NCBI GenBank assembly: GCA_032160945.1
Contig: JAVHTL010000003.1
Origin: Armatimonadota bacterium
GTDB taxonomy: Bacteria; Armatimonadota; Fervidibacteria; Fervidibacterales; Fervidibacteraceae
Length of the DNA stretch: 64,000 nt
Direction: 5' to 3' (one strand)
Shown: positions 56,210 through 64,000 of the stretch, one piece after another
How the letters are laid out: each line of letters begins with the position of its first letter
Position numbering within the stretch: the stretch's first letter is position 1
Notes under the pieces: model-generated
The model's input: the letters and a program-made list of their open reading frames with translations, nothing else
The model's database searches: none
What the model was told of the DNA's origin: nothing
Made by a program: the position numbers and the translations under genes

Positions 56210-56737
56210 GTGAAACTTCAAAAGCGAAAAGTAGCCGTTCTCGTTGAAGACCTTTACGAGAACTTAGAACTTTGGTATCCAGTGCTCAGGTTGCGGGAGG
56301 AAGGTGCGGAAGTTGTGATTGTCGGACCAAAAGCGGGTGAAACTTACAAGAGTAAAGAAGGCTATCCAGCGAAAGCGGACAAATCGGCTGAAGAGGTGAG
56401 CGCCGACGAAATTGATGCCGTGATTGTCCCTGGAGGCTATGCTCCCGACAGAATGCGACGCCACCAATCAATGGTCAAATTGTTGCGTGAGGCGTTTGAA
56501 AGAGGCAAAATTGTTGCTACTATTTGTCATGGTGGTTGGATGCTCGCTGAAGCCGACATCGTTCGCGGGAAAACTGTCACGAGTTTCTTTGCCATCAAAA
56601 CCGACCTTGTCAACGCTGGGGCAAATTGGGTTGACAAAGAGGTTGTAAGAGATGGCAATATTATCACATCACGAGTTCCGTCCGATTTGCCCGCTTTCAT
56701 GAGGGTTGTCATTGAAGCCTTGGCGGAAGTAAAGTGA
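56210..56737 (+). CDS. pfpI: PfpI/DJ-1 family protease/deglycase
   Basis: YENLELWYP, VIVPGGYAPDRMRR, ATICHGGW, GANWVDKEVVRDGNIITSRVPSDLPAF. Confidence 0.93.
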   Translation: MKLQKRKVAVLVEDLYENLELWYPVLRLREEGAEVVIVGPKAGETYKSKEGYPAKADKSAEEVSADEIDAVIVPGGYAPDRMRRHQSMVKLLREAFERGKIVATICHGGWMLAEADIVRGKTVTSFFAIKTDLVNAGANWVDKEVVRDGNIITSRVPSDLPAFMRVVIEALAEVK

Positions 56738-58230
56738 GCGGGGCGACAGTAAAGGAGGAATCTGCTTTGACTGAACCTTTGATTAAGGAACTGAGCAAAC
56801 CAGGGCGGATTGGTGTTTCCTTGCCAGAGCCTGATGTCCCCATCAAGCCCCTTGACGAATTGCTTGGGAAGGAAAACCTTCGCTCTGAACCCCCACCTTT
56901 GCCCGAAGTTGACCAACCGACTGTTGTCAGGCACTTCGTTCGCCTCTCGCAACTCAATTACAGCGTTGACACTCACTTTTACCCGCTCGGTTCGTGCACG
57001 ATGAAGTTCAATCCAAAGGTCAACGAGGAAGCAGCAAAATTGCCCGGCTTTGCCTTTCTCCACCCGCTTCAAGACGAAGAGACAGTGCAAGGGATTTTGA
57101 GGCTGATGAAGGAACTTGAGCGAATGCTTTGTGAAATTGGCGGGATGGATGCTTGCACATTGCAAGGGGCTGCAGGTGCTCAAGGCGAGTTCATTGGGCT
57201 GTTGCTCGTTCGGGCTTGGCATAGACACAAAGGTGAGGATGAGAAGCGAACGAGAATTCTCGTCCCGGATTCTGCTCACGGAACGAACCCTGCAAGTGCA
57301 GCAAGATGTGGTTTCACCGTTGAGAGCGTGCCAAGCGGTCGTGATGGTTGCATTGACCTTGCTGCCCTTGAAAAAGCCCTCAAGCCTGACGAAAAAGCCC
57401 AATTGCCTGCAGCAGTCATGGTCACTAACCCGAACACTTTGGGAAAGTTTGAAGGGGAGATTATCAGGGTTGCGGAATTGACCCACGAAGCAGGTGCTCT
57501 GCTTTACTACGATGGGGCGAACTTGAATGCCATCATGGGCAAAGCCAAACCAGGGGATATGGGCTGCGATATTATGCACTTCAACCTACACAAAACTTTC
57601 AGCACCCCACATGGTGGCGGAGGTCCAGGTTCAGGTCCTGTCGCTGTCAAGGCTTTTCTTGAACCGTTTTTGCCTGTCCCTGTTATTGAAGAGGGCAATG
57701 GAAAATTGCTACTCTCCTACGACCGTCCACTTTCCGTTGGCAAAGTTCACAGTTTTTACGGCAATGTCCTCGTCGCAGTGAGAGCCTACGCATACATCAT
57801 GACCATGGGCGCTTATGGCTTGATGAAAGTTGCTGAAGATGCCGTGCTCAACGCCAATTACCTGATGCAAAAACTTGCTCAAATTTTCCCTGTCGCTTTC
57901 CCTGGTTTGTGCAAGCACGAATTCGTTCTTAGCCTTAAGCAGTTCAAGCGTGAAACGGGCGTTAGGACATGGGATATCGCAAAACGCTTGCTTGACTGCG
58001 GGTTTTACGCACCTACCGTTTACTTCCCCATCACTGTTGAAGAGGCAATGATGGTTGAACCGACGGAAACCGAAAGCAAAGAAACTTTGGACGCTTTTAC
58101 TGCGGCTTTGGAAAGCATAGCCGTTGAAGCAAGAAACAATCCAGAGTTAGTCCAAACCGCACCGCACAAAACTCCCGTCGGACGACTGGATGAGGCTAAA
58201 GCAGCGAGGGAATTGAAGGTTCGTTGGTAA
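56734..58230 (+). CDS. gcvPB: Glycine dehydrogenase (decarboxylating) subunit 2
   Basis: VVRHFVRLSQLNY, FYPLGSCTMKFNP, SAHGTNPASA, HFNLHKTFSTPHGGGGPG, MMVEPTETESKETLD. Confidence 0.97.
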   Translation: MSGATVKEESALTEPLIKELSKPGRIGVSLPEPDVPIKPLDELLGKENLRSEPPPLPEVDQPTVVRHFVRLSQLNYSVDTHFYPLGSCTMKFNPKVNEEAAKLPGFAFLHPLQDEETVQGILRLMKELERMLCEIGGMDACTLQGAAGAQGEFIGLLLVRAWHRHKGEDEKRTRILVPDSAHGTNPASAARCGFTVESVPSGRDGCIDLAALEKALKPDEKAQLPAAVMVTNPNTLGKFEGEIIRVAELTHEAGALLYYDGANLNAIMGKAKPGDMGCDIMHFNLHKTFSTPHGGGGPGSGPVAVKAFLEPFLPVPVIEEGNGKLLLSYDRPLSVGKVHSFYGNVLVAVRAYAYIMTMGAYGLMKVAEDAVLNANYLMQKLAQIFPVAFPGLCKHEFVLSLKQFKRETGVRTWDIAKRLLDCGFYAPTVYFPITVEEAMMVEPTETESKETLDAFTAALESIAVEARNNPELVQTAPHKTPVGRLDEAKAARELKVRW

Positions 58231-58256
58231 ACGGTCTCTGAGACTCGCTTGTATCA

Positions 58257-58285
58257 TTGACACTTGACCAAACTTGATGTAAATT
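58257..58285 (+). promoter_or_regulatory. Putative sigma70 promoter
   Basis: TTGACA-N17-TAAATT upstream of AGGAGGTGA and the TIM-barrel gene. Confidence 0.55.
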
Positions 58286-58319
58286 TTTTGACACAATATC
58301 GCTTAGGAGGTGACAGAAA

Positions 58320-59141
58320 TTGAAATTAGGTTTTGTCGCATTTCCCAAGCCGCCTGAAGAATACCTTGATTTCGCTGTTGAGCACGGCTTTGAGCACATG
58401 GAAATTGACTTGTTCGGACCTCAGCAGTGGTTAAGTAAGTTTCATACTGCTCGCATCCGAACACTTAAGCGCCAAATTGAAGAGCGAAGTCTGACGGTCA
58501 GTTTCCATGCGCCATACACTCTGAACCTTTCCGATTTCATCCCTGAAATCAGGGCAGCCAATGTCCAATATGTTGAGCGCTTGTTGAATGTTGCTTGCAA
58601 TTTAGGAGCGAAGTGGGTGACTGTTCATCCAGGCTACGGGATAGGCATCCCAACCCTTAATTGGATTCGCTCCAAGGCGATGGAGGGTTTGAAACATTCC
58701 CTTGACAGATTGCTTTTGATAGCCGAGAAGTTACAAGTGCCAATTGCCCTTGAAAACATCAACCCTGCCCAACCCAAAAGTGAAATCCTCTTCTTGCTGG
58801 ATAAAGCCGAAGAAGTGAAACAATTGTTGAGCGAATACAATTCGCCGATGCTTAAGTTCTGCATGGATGTTGGTCACGCAGAAATCTCAAGTGGCTTCAC
58901 CAGTTTTTGGGCTGTAGTGAAAGAAAGGTGCATCGCTATGCATGTTCACGATAACGATACCTATCAGGACTTACACCTTGTGCCCGGCAATGGAAGCATA
59001 AACTGGCATGAAGTTCTCACGACCCTTCAACGAGACGGATTTGAGGGTGTCCTAAATGTTGAGTTGTTCCTGGACGAGCACAAGGTTGCTGCCAAAAAAT
59101 TCCTTGAGGCAATTTTGAAAGGGAGAGGGCATGCTTCTTAA
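58320..59141 (+). CDS. Sugar phosphate isomerase/epimerase (AP endonuclease 2 TIM barrel)
   Basis: SFHAPY, VTVHPG, IALENI, CMDVGHA, MHVHDND..DLHLVPGNGSINW, LNVE. Confidence 0.88.
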   Translation: MKLGFVAFPKPPEEYLDFAVEHGFEHMEIDLFGPQQWLSKFHTARIRTLKRQIEERSLTVSFHAPYTLNLSDFIPEIRAANVQYVERLLNVACNLGAKWVTVHPGYGIGIPTLNWIRSKAMEGLKHSLDRLLLIAEKLQVPIALENINPAQPKSEILFLLDKAEEVKQLLSEYNSPMLKFCMDVGHAEISSGFTSFWAVVKERCIAMHVHDNDTYQDLHLVPGNGSINWHEVLTTLQRDGFEGVLNVELFLDEHKVAAKKFLEAILKGRGHAS

Positions 59142-59215
59142 AGATGCATTGACAACGCTTGGAAGCGAGGCTATCCTGTTATTGGCAGTGAAGGTCAAAA
59201 AGGAAGGCGATATTT

Positions 59216-60559
59216 ATGCGCAAGTTTGCAATAGTTGCCGTTTTTGTAGCATCAGTCGCATTTCTCAATGCTCAACCATCACAGCCTCATGTTTGCTATG
59301 TAACGCTCAAGGATGTCGTCATAAATCCGAGCCTTAAAGATTTCCTTCAACGAGCCATTGAGGAAGCGCAGGGAGATAATGCTGAGTGCTTGGTTGTTCA
59401 AATCACAACACCAGGTGGCATGGTTGACAGCATGCAAGAGATTGTTCAGTTGTTTTTGAACTCATCTGTCCCTATTGTGACTTTCGTTGCGCCAAGGGGT
59501 GGGAACGCAGATTCAGCAGGGACCTTCATCGTCATGGCTGGGCACATCGCTGCAATGGCTCCAGCATCGCGAATTGGCGCAGCCCATCCAATCATAATGC
59601 CCATAGCACCGACTTCGCCGGGAGGGGAAGAGCGAGAACCTTCGGAGTCGGAGCGAGTCATGCTTGAAAAAGTCACAAACGCTGTTGTCGGAACTATCAA
59701 AGCCATCGCTGAGGAGAGGGAGCGCAACACAAAATGGGCTGAAAAGATGGTGCGGGAGAGTGCTGTCTTGACCGCCCGCGAAGCCGTAGCGCAAAAAGTC
59801 GTGGACTTAATGGCGGAAGACATCAACGATTTGCTTCAAAAGATTGATGGGCGAAAGGTCAGAACTGTGGCAGGGCTGAAGACACTGCGCACAAAGGACG
59901 CTTTCTTGTATGAGTTCCGTATGACCACTAAGGAGAAATTCCTGCACTTCCTTTCAAACCCAAGTGTTGCTTACTTGCTGCTTTTGATTGCCATGCTCGG
60001 CTTCATCATGGAGATTTACAACCCCGGTGCAATTTTGCCCATCACTGTTGGTGTCATCGCGTTCATTTTGTTCCTTTTCTCTGCAGCGTTGTTGCCAGTG
60101 AATGTCGTCGGTGTGCTGCTGATTTTGGCTGCAGCAGCGTTTTTCATTGCAGAATTGTTCGTCACCAGTCACGGCATCTTGGCAGCCTTTGGGGTAGTTG
60201 CACTTTTGCTTGGCGGTTACATGTTGTTTCCCGAACCTGGAGCAATGCCACCAAATTTCTACGCTTACATCAAAATCGCACCAGGAACCTTGTTCGGTGC
60301 AGGATTGATCACTGGTGGTTTGATGGTTGCAGCGTTAGTCGCTATAGTTCGTGCCCAAAAACGAGAACCTGTTGTCGGACAGGAGTGGTTGGTTGGTCAA
60401 GTCGGTGAAGCGAGAACTGATCTGGCTCCAATCGGGACAGTTTTTGTCAGTGGAACTTGGTGGACGGCTGAAGCCGTTGACGGCGAGATTAAAGCGGGCG
60501 AAAAGGTTGAAGTCGTAGCGATGGAAGGGTTGAGGCTTAAGGTCAGGAAAAAGCCGTAA
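59216..60559 (+). CDS. nfeD: NfeD family membrane-bound serine protease (long form)
   Basis: ITTPGG, FVAP.G..ADSAGTFI, MAPASRIGAAHP, TM bundle, C-terminal OB domain GTVFVSGTWWTAE. Confidence 0.93.
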   Translation: MRKFAIVAVFVASVAFLNAQPSQPHVCYVTLKDVVINPSLKDFLQRAIEEAQGDNAECLVVQITTPGGMVDSMQEIVQLFLNSSVPIVTFVAPRGGNADSAGTFIVMAGHIAAMAPASRIGAAHPIIMPIAPTSPGGEEREPSESERVMLEKVTNAVVGTIKAIAEERERNTKWAEKMVRESAVLTAREAVAQKVVDLMAEDINDLLQKIDGRKVRTVAGLKTLRTKDAFLYEFRMTTKEKFLHFLSNPSVAYLLLLIAMLGFIMEIYNPGAILPITVGVIAFILFLFSAALLPVNVVGVLLILAAAAFFIAELFVTSHGILAAFGVVALLLGGYMLFPEPGAMPPNFYAYIKIAPGTLFGAGLITGGLMVAALVAIVRAQKREPVVGQEWLVGQVGEARTDLAPIGTVFVSGTWWTAEAVDGEIKAGEKVEVVAMEGLRLKVRKKP

Positions 60560-60570
60560 AGGAGGAGTGA

Positions 60571-61365
60571 TTGATAATGCCGAAAGAGTTGGTGGTGCAG
60601 TTGGTCGCTTTTGTCATCGTCTTGGTGCTTGTGCTTATTTCCCAATCAATCAAAATTGTGCAAGAGTGGGAAAGAGGTGTCGTCTTTCGCTTGGGAAGGT
60701 TCGTTCGCGTAACAGGTCCTGGTATTCAGTTTATCATCCCGTTCATTGAGCGCATGATCAAAGTTGACATTCGCGTCTTCACCGTTGATGTCCCGAAGCA
60801 GGAAATCATCACAAAGGACAATGTGACTGTTCGCGTCAATGCTGTCGTTTACTTCCGCGTTATGGACCCGATGGCAGCGCTCACTCGCGTGGAAAACTAC
60901 CTCTATGCAACTCAACAAGTATCACAAACCACTTTGCGGGATGTGGTGGGACAGAGCGAACTTGACGAATTGCTCGCTCACCGCGAGGAGTTGAACCAAC
61001 GACTTCAACGCATTATTGACGCCACAACAGACCCTTGGGGCATCAAAGTTGACATGGTTGCCATCAAAGATGTTGAATTGCCCGATGCAATGAAACGGGC
61101 GATGGCGAGGCAAGCGGAAGCGGAAAGGGAACGGCGCGCTAAAGTCATACACGCACAAGGTGAGTTTCAGGCTGCTGAGACATTGGCTCAGGCTGCGGAA
61201 ATTATGGGGCGACATCCAGGTTCATTGCAGTTGCGCTTCTTACAAACCTTAACTGAGGTCGCAACAGAGAGAAGCACCATCGTCGTTATGCCTGTTCCCA
61301 TTGACATTTTGTCGGCGTTCATCACTGACCGAAGGCGAATTGAAACCCTTCCGCCATCAGAATGA
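60571..61365 (+). CDS. SPFH/stomatin (slipin) family protein
   Basis: ERGVVFRLGR, ITKDNVTVRVNAVVYFRV, QTTLRDVVG, AMARQAEAERERRAK, QLRFLQTL; paired with nfeD. Confidence 0.95.
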   Translation: MIMPKELVVQLVAFVIVLVLVLISQSIKIVQEWERGVVFRLGRFVRVTGPGIQFIIPFIERMIKVDIRVFTVDVPKQEIITKDNVTVRVNAVVYFRVMDPMAALTRVENYLYATQQVSQTTLRDVVGQSELDELLAHREELNQRLQRIIDATTDPWGIKVDMVAIKDVELPDAMKRAMARQAEAERERRAKVIHAQGEFQAAETLAQAAEIMGRHPGSLQLRFLQTLTEVATERSTIVVMPVPIDILSAFITDRRRIETLPPSE

Positions 61366-61399
61366 AAGTTGCAAAATTGTTAGGGGTGAGAAACGAAAT

Positions 61400-61813
61400 A
61401 TGTGGAAACCGCAAACCAAAGAAGCCATCTTGAGGGAAGTCAGAATTAGAGAATGGCGCAAGCATGTGGGAGAAACTTTCATCGGTGCTCTGAAGTGGCT
61501 GCTCACAAATTCCTTGAAAGGCATCGTTGCTACTTTGAGATGGCTGAGATGGCAATCGGCGAAAGTTGCTTGTGACCTTGAGGGAAGCAGGTTGCTAAGC
61601 CAACGCTACGACAAACTTTTGCGTTTGGGAGAAACCGTTTACGCGATGTATCGTGCAGGCGAAATCTCTTGGCAAGGAATTGAACCCCTTTGCCAAGAGT
61701 TGGAGGAAATTGACCGGAAATTGGACGCCGCAAAAATTTTGCCTTTGCAAGTTTTGCCATACGAACCAGAAAGCGAACAGACTTTGCAAATAAGTGCTTC
61801 AGCATCGCAATAA
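61400..61813 (+). CDS. Hypothetical helical protein
   Basis: ATG 61400 after a GGGGTGA SD; 137 aa. Confidence 0.55.
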   Translation: MWKPQTKEAILREVRIREWRKHVGETFIGALKWLLTNSLKGIVATLRWLRWQSAKVACDLEGSRLLSQRYDKLLRLGETVYAMYRAGEISWQGIEPLCQELEEIDRKLDAAKILPLQVLPYEPESEQTLQISASASQ

Positions 61814-61829
61814 AGGAGGTTGGGTGCCA

Positions 61830-62333
61830 GTGGCTTCTTTGGCAGAGGAAGTTCAAAAGCAATTGATCGCAACATTGGCACCCTACATGGGTAAGGTGTC
61901 ATTTGGAAACTTGAGGTTTCAAACATCCGAGTGGGCTGAGGGTGACAAAAAATATGTCAACATCGCCATCGTTTACGAAACGCCCGGAAGTTCCACAAAC
62001 CAACTTAACATCACTGTGGATGAAGCGGAAGGCATCCTAACCTTCGTTGACGGCGAAGTAGAACGACGAACCAACAATGTCAATGAGGCAATTCAGTTTG
62101 TTGAGGGGACTATAAGGGACATCCCTGAGCGCCGTTTGGAAAGGTTGCGGGAAACTGTAAGAAAGTGGGCTGGGCAAGGGCGAAGCAGAGCGGAAGTCCT
62201 TGCTGAGTTGAACAAGTTGCTCCGAGCAGACTTAATCGGAGGCACCATCACCCATCACGAATTGAAAGAGACAATCCAATATTGCTTGCGACTGTTCAGT
62301 GCCACATCGGAAGAACGAGTGGAAACTTGGTGA
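61830..62333 (+). CDS. Hypothetical protein
   Basis: AGGAGG SD at 61814-61819, GTG start; 167 aa. Confidence 0.65.
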   Translation: MASLAEEVQKQLIATLAPYMGKVSFGNLRFQTSEWAEGDKKYVNIAIVYETPGSSTNQLNITVDEAEGILTFVDGEVERRTNNVNEAIQFVEGTIRDIPERRLERLRETVRKWAGQGRSRAEVLAELNKLLRADLIGGTITHHELKETIQYCLRLFSATSEERVETW

Positions 62334-62343
62334 GGCGAAAGGA

Positions 62344-63072
62344 ATGTCGGGTTTGCTTCTTTCTCGTAACAATGGAAAGAAGGTAGGCTATGAAAAGCAA
62401 TTAGACCAGATGAGAGCCAATATGGTGGAGTATCAACTTCGGCGGCGAGGCATAAAGGACGAAAGAGTTTTGAAATCCTTCCTGAAAGTCCCACGCCACA
62501 AATTTGTCCGCCCGCAAGACAGGTGGCAGGCTTATGAAGACTACCCCCTCACCATCGGATATGGTCAAACCATCTCCCAACCCTACATGGTCGCAATCAT
62601 GACCGAACTACTTGAACTTAAGGGCGACGAACGAGTTTTAGAGATCGGGACTGGTTCAGGCTATCAAGCAGCAATCCTTGCAGAACTTGCAAAAGAAGTC
62701 TTCACAATTGAACGCATCCCTGAACTTGCTAAGAAAGCGGAAGCAGTTTTACAAGATTTGGGCTATACAAATGTCAAGGTCATCATCAGCGATGGGTCAA
62801 AAGGTTTACCAGAATATGCCCCCTATGACGCCATCGTTGTTACCGCCGCTGCTCCCAAACCGCCACAACCGCTTTTGGAGCAGTTGAAAGATGGAGGACG
62901 GTTAGTTATCCCTGTCGGAACTCGCAAGTTGCAAGACCTCTTACGCATCACCAAGACCAGCAACGAATTCAGGATGGAAAACTTTGGTCCGTGCTTGTTC
63001 GTTCCTTTGATAGGCGAAGCAGGTTGGCGAGGTGAAAACGAGTTAGAGGAGGGCGAGAGTTATGAAATTTGA
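62344..63072 (+). CDS. pcm: Protein-L-isoaspartate O-methyltransferase
   Basis: VPRHKFV, AYEDYPL.IGYGQTISQPYMVA, VLEIGTGSGYQAA, APYDAIVVTAA, GGRLVIPVG. Confidence 0.97.
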   Translation: MSGLLLSRNNGKKVGYEKQLDQMRANMVEYQLRRRGIKDERVLKSFLKVPRHKFVRPQDRWQAYEDYPLTIGYGQTISQPYMVAIMTELLELKGDERVLEIGTGSGYQAAILAELAKEVFTIERIPELAKKAEAVLQDLGYTNVKVIISDGSKGLPEYAPYDAIVVTAAAPKPPQPLLEQLKDGGRLVIPVGTRKLQDLLRITKTSNEFRMENFGPCLFVPLIGEAGWRGENELEEGESYEI

Positions 63073-64000
63073 ATGGTGTGGACTTCTGACGCTGTTGCTC
63101 ATCGCACCGGCAGCGGCGTTTCAAGCAGGTGCTGCAAAGCGCGATGTTACACCTTCTCTTGACCGCACGGTCTTTATAGCAGGTTTTGGGCATAACCGAA
63201 CGGCAACCGCTGTCCATGACCCCATTTGGGTTCGCTGCCTTGCTATCAGCGATGGCAAAACGACAATTGCCTTCGTTGGCATTGATGTCATCGGCTTTTT
63301 CTACGAGCCAGATGTGGTTTTGGTCAGGCAGAAAGTTAAGCAGTTGGTGAAAGAGCCTGTCATTGTCCTTATCGCCTCAACTCACAACCACCAAGCCCCA
63401 GACACCCTTGGCTTGTGGGGACCAACTCCGATGCAAACTGGTCGCGACGAAGAATACATGACTTTGCTGCGAGAGCAAATTGCCCGATGCGTTGTTGAAG
63501 CAGTTTCAAGCCTTGAACCTGCAACGCTCATTTTTGCTAAAGACGACCGCAAGGAACTTGCCGAACTTCAACTTGACGACAGGTTGCCTTATGTCAAAGA
63601 CCATACCCTTTGCGTTCTGCAAGCAGTTAGCCGTAAAACGGGTAAAGCAATTGGCACCCTCGTCAACTGGGCGAACCATCCAGAAGTTTTGGGCAGTCAA
63701 AACCGAGAAATTACCGCCGATTACTGCTGGGCACTTTACGAACGATTGGAGGAATTGGTGGGTGGCATCGCTGTTTTTTGGAACGGAGCGATTGGCGGTT
63801 TAATTTCGCCTCTGGGTGAAGAACTGAAAGTCACTGACCCAACGACAAGTAAACCTGCCCCTGAAGCAAGTTTCCGCAAAGCCGAATTGATTGGCAGGTT
63901 TGTCGCCGAAGTCGCTGCGGAAGCAGTGAAAGGGAAGCAAGCAATTAAGTTGGAAAAAGGTTCTTTGAGAGCCCTCCTTCAACCCGTGTTTGTGCCTCTG
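63062..64000 (+). CDS. Secreted neutral/alkaline ceramidase N-terminal-domain-like protein (partial, runs off window end)
   Basis: Absent from the ORF track because it has no stop in the window. ATG 63062 gives MKFEWCGLLTLLLIAPAAAFQAGAAKRDVTP...AGFG.NR.ATAVHDPIWVR...IASTHNHQAPDT...NWANHPE. Confidence 0.75.
   Translation, partial: MKFEWCGLLTLLLIAPAAAFQAGAAKRDVTPSLDRTVFIAGFGHNRTATAVHDPIWVRCLAISDGKTTIAFVGIDVIGFFYEPDVVLVRQKVKQLVKEPVIVLIASTHNHQAPDTLGLWGPTPMQTGRDEEYMTLLREQIARCVVEAVSSLEPATLIFAKDDRKELAELQLDDRLPYVKDHTLCVLQAVSRKTGKAIGTLVNWANHPEVLGSQNREITADYCWALYERLEELVGGIAVFWNGAIGGLISPLGEELKVTDPTTSKPAPEASFRKAELIGRFVAEVAAEAVKGKQAIKLEKGSLRALLQPVFVPL

Noticed and set aside
56527-57579. 350-aa antisense ORF
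   Set aside because: Shadow of pfpI and gcvPB.
59131-59337. 68-aa ORF between the TIM-barrel gene and nfeD
   Set aside because: It overlaps nfeD out of frame by 122 bp and has no motif.
1-64000. rRNA, tRNA, prophage, integrase or RAYT genes
   Set aside because: None recognisable by eye. The enzyme mobilising the REPs and MITEs, if any, must lie outside the window. A tRNAscan/Infernal run was not possible.

Overview
A gene-dense bacterial chromosome segment with about 55 CDS. I saw no rRNA, tRNA or CRISPR array. The organism is a diderm (Lpt genes) with thermophile-like protein composition, very large secreted carbohydrate-active proteins and GAGGTGA-type ribosome-binding sites. This suggests a Fervidibacter-like Armatimonadota genome, which is inference only. 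Housekeeping genes include asd, comEA, lptF/G, lptD, glyA, argH, pdp, ogt, gcvPB, pcm and nfeD/SPFH. The most unusual signal is a multi-layered family of very small repeats. (i) GTAG-type REP hairpins occur in many intergenic regions. (ii) A six-unit BIME-like tandem REP array with variable poly-A hairpin loops spans 30.5-31.1 kb. (iii) Three copies of a ~130-bp TA-flanked MITE have TIRs that enclose an inward-facing REP pair, and one copy abuts a decapitated dppA pseudogene. (iv) A REP-like doublet and several 7-bp repeat runs sit in frame inside two giant CAZyme genes and are translated as peptide inserts. Other points of interest are an RpoD-like sigma factor with degenerate promoter-melting residues, a protein with a TFIIB/cyclin-like repeat next to an HDAC-family gene, an EryC-type polyol operon with foreign codon usage, three envelope proteins sharing an FlgT-C-like domain, and a BlaI/M56 pair with a His/Cys-rich loop. 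All family calls come from motif recognition, not database searches.
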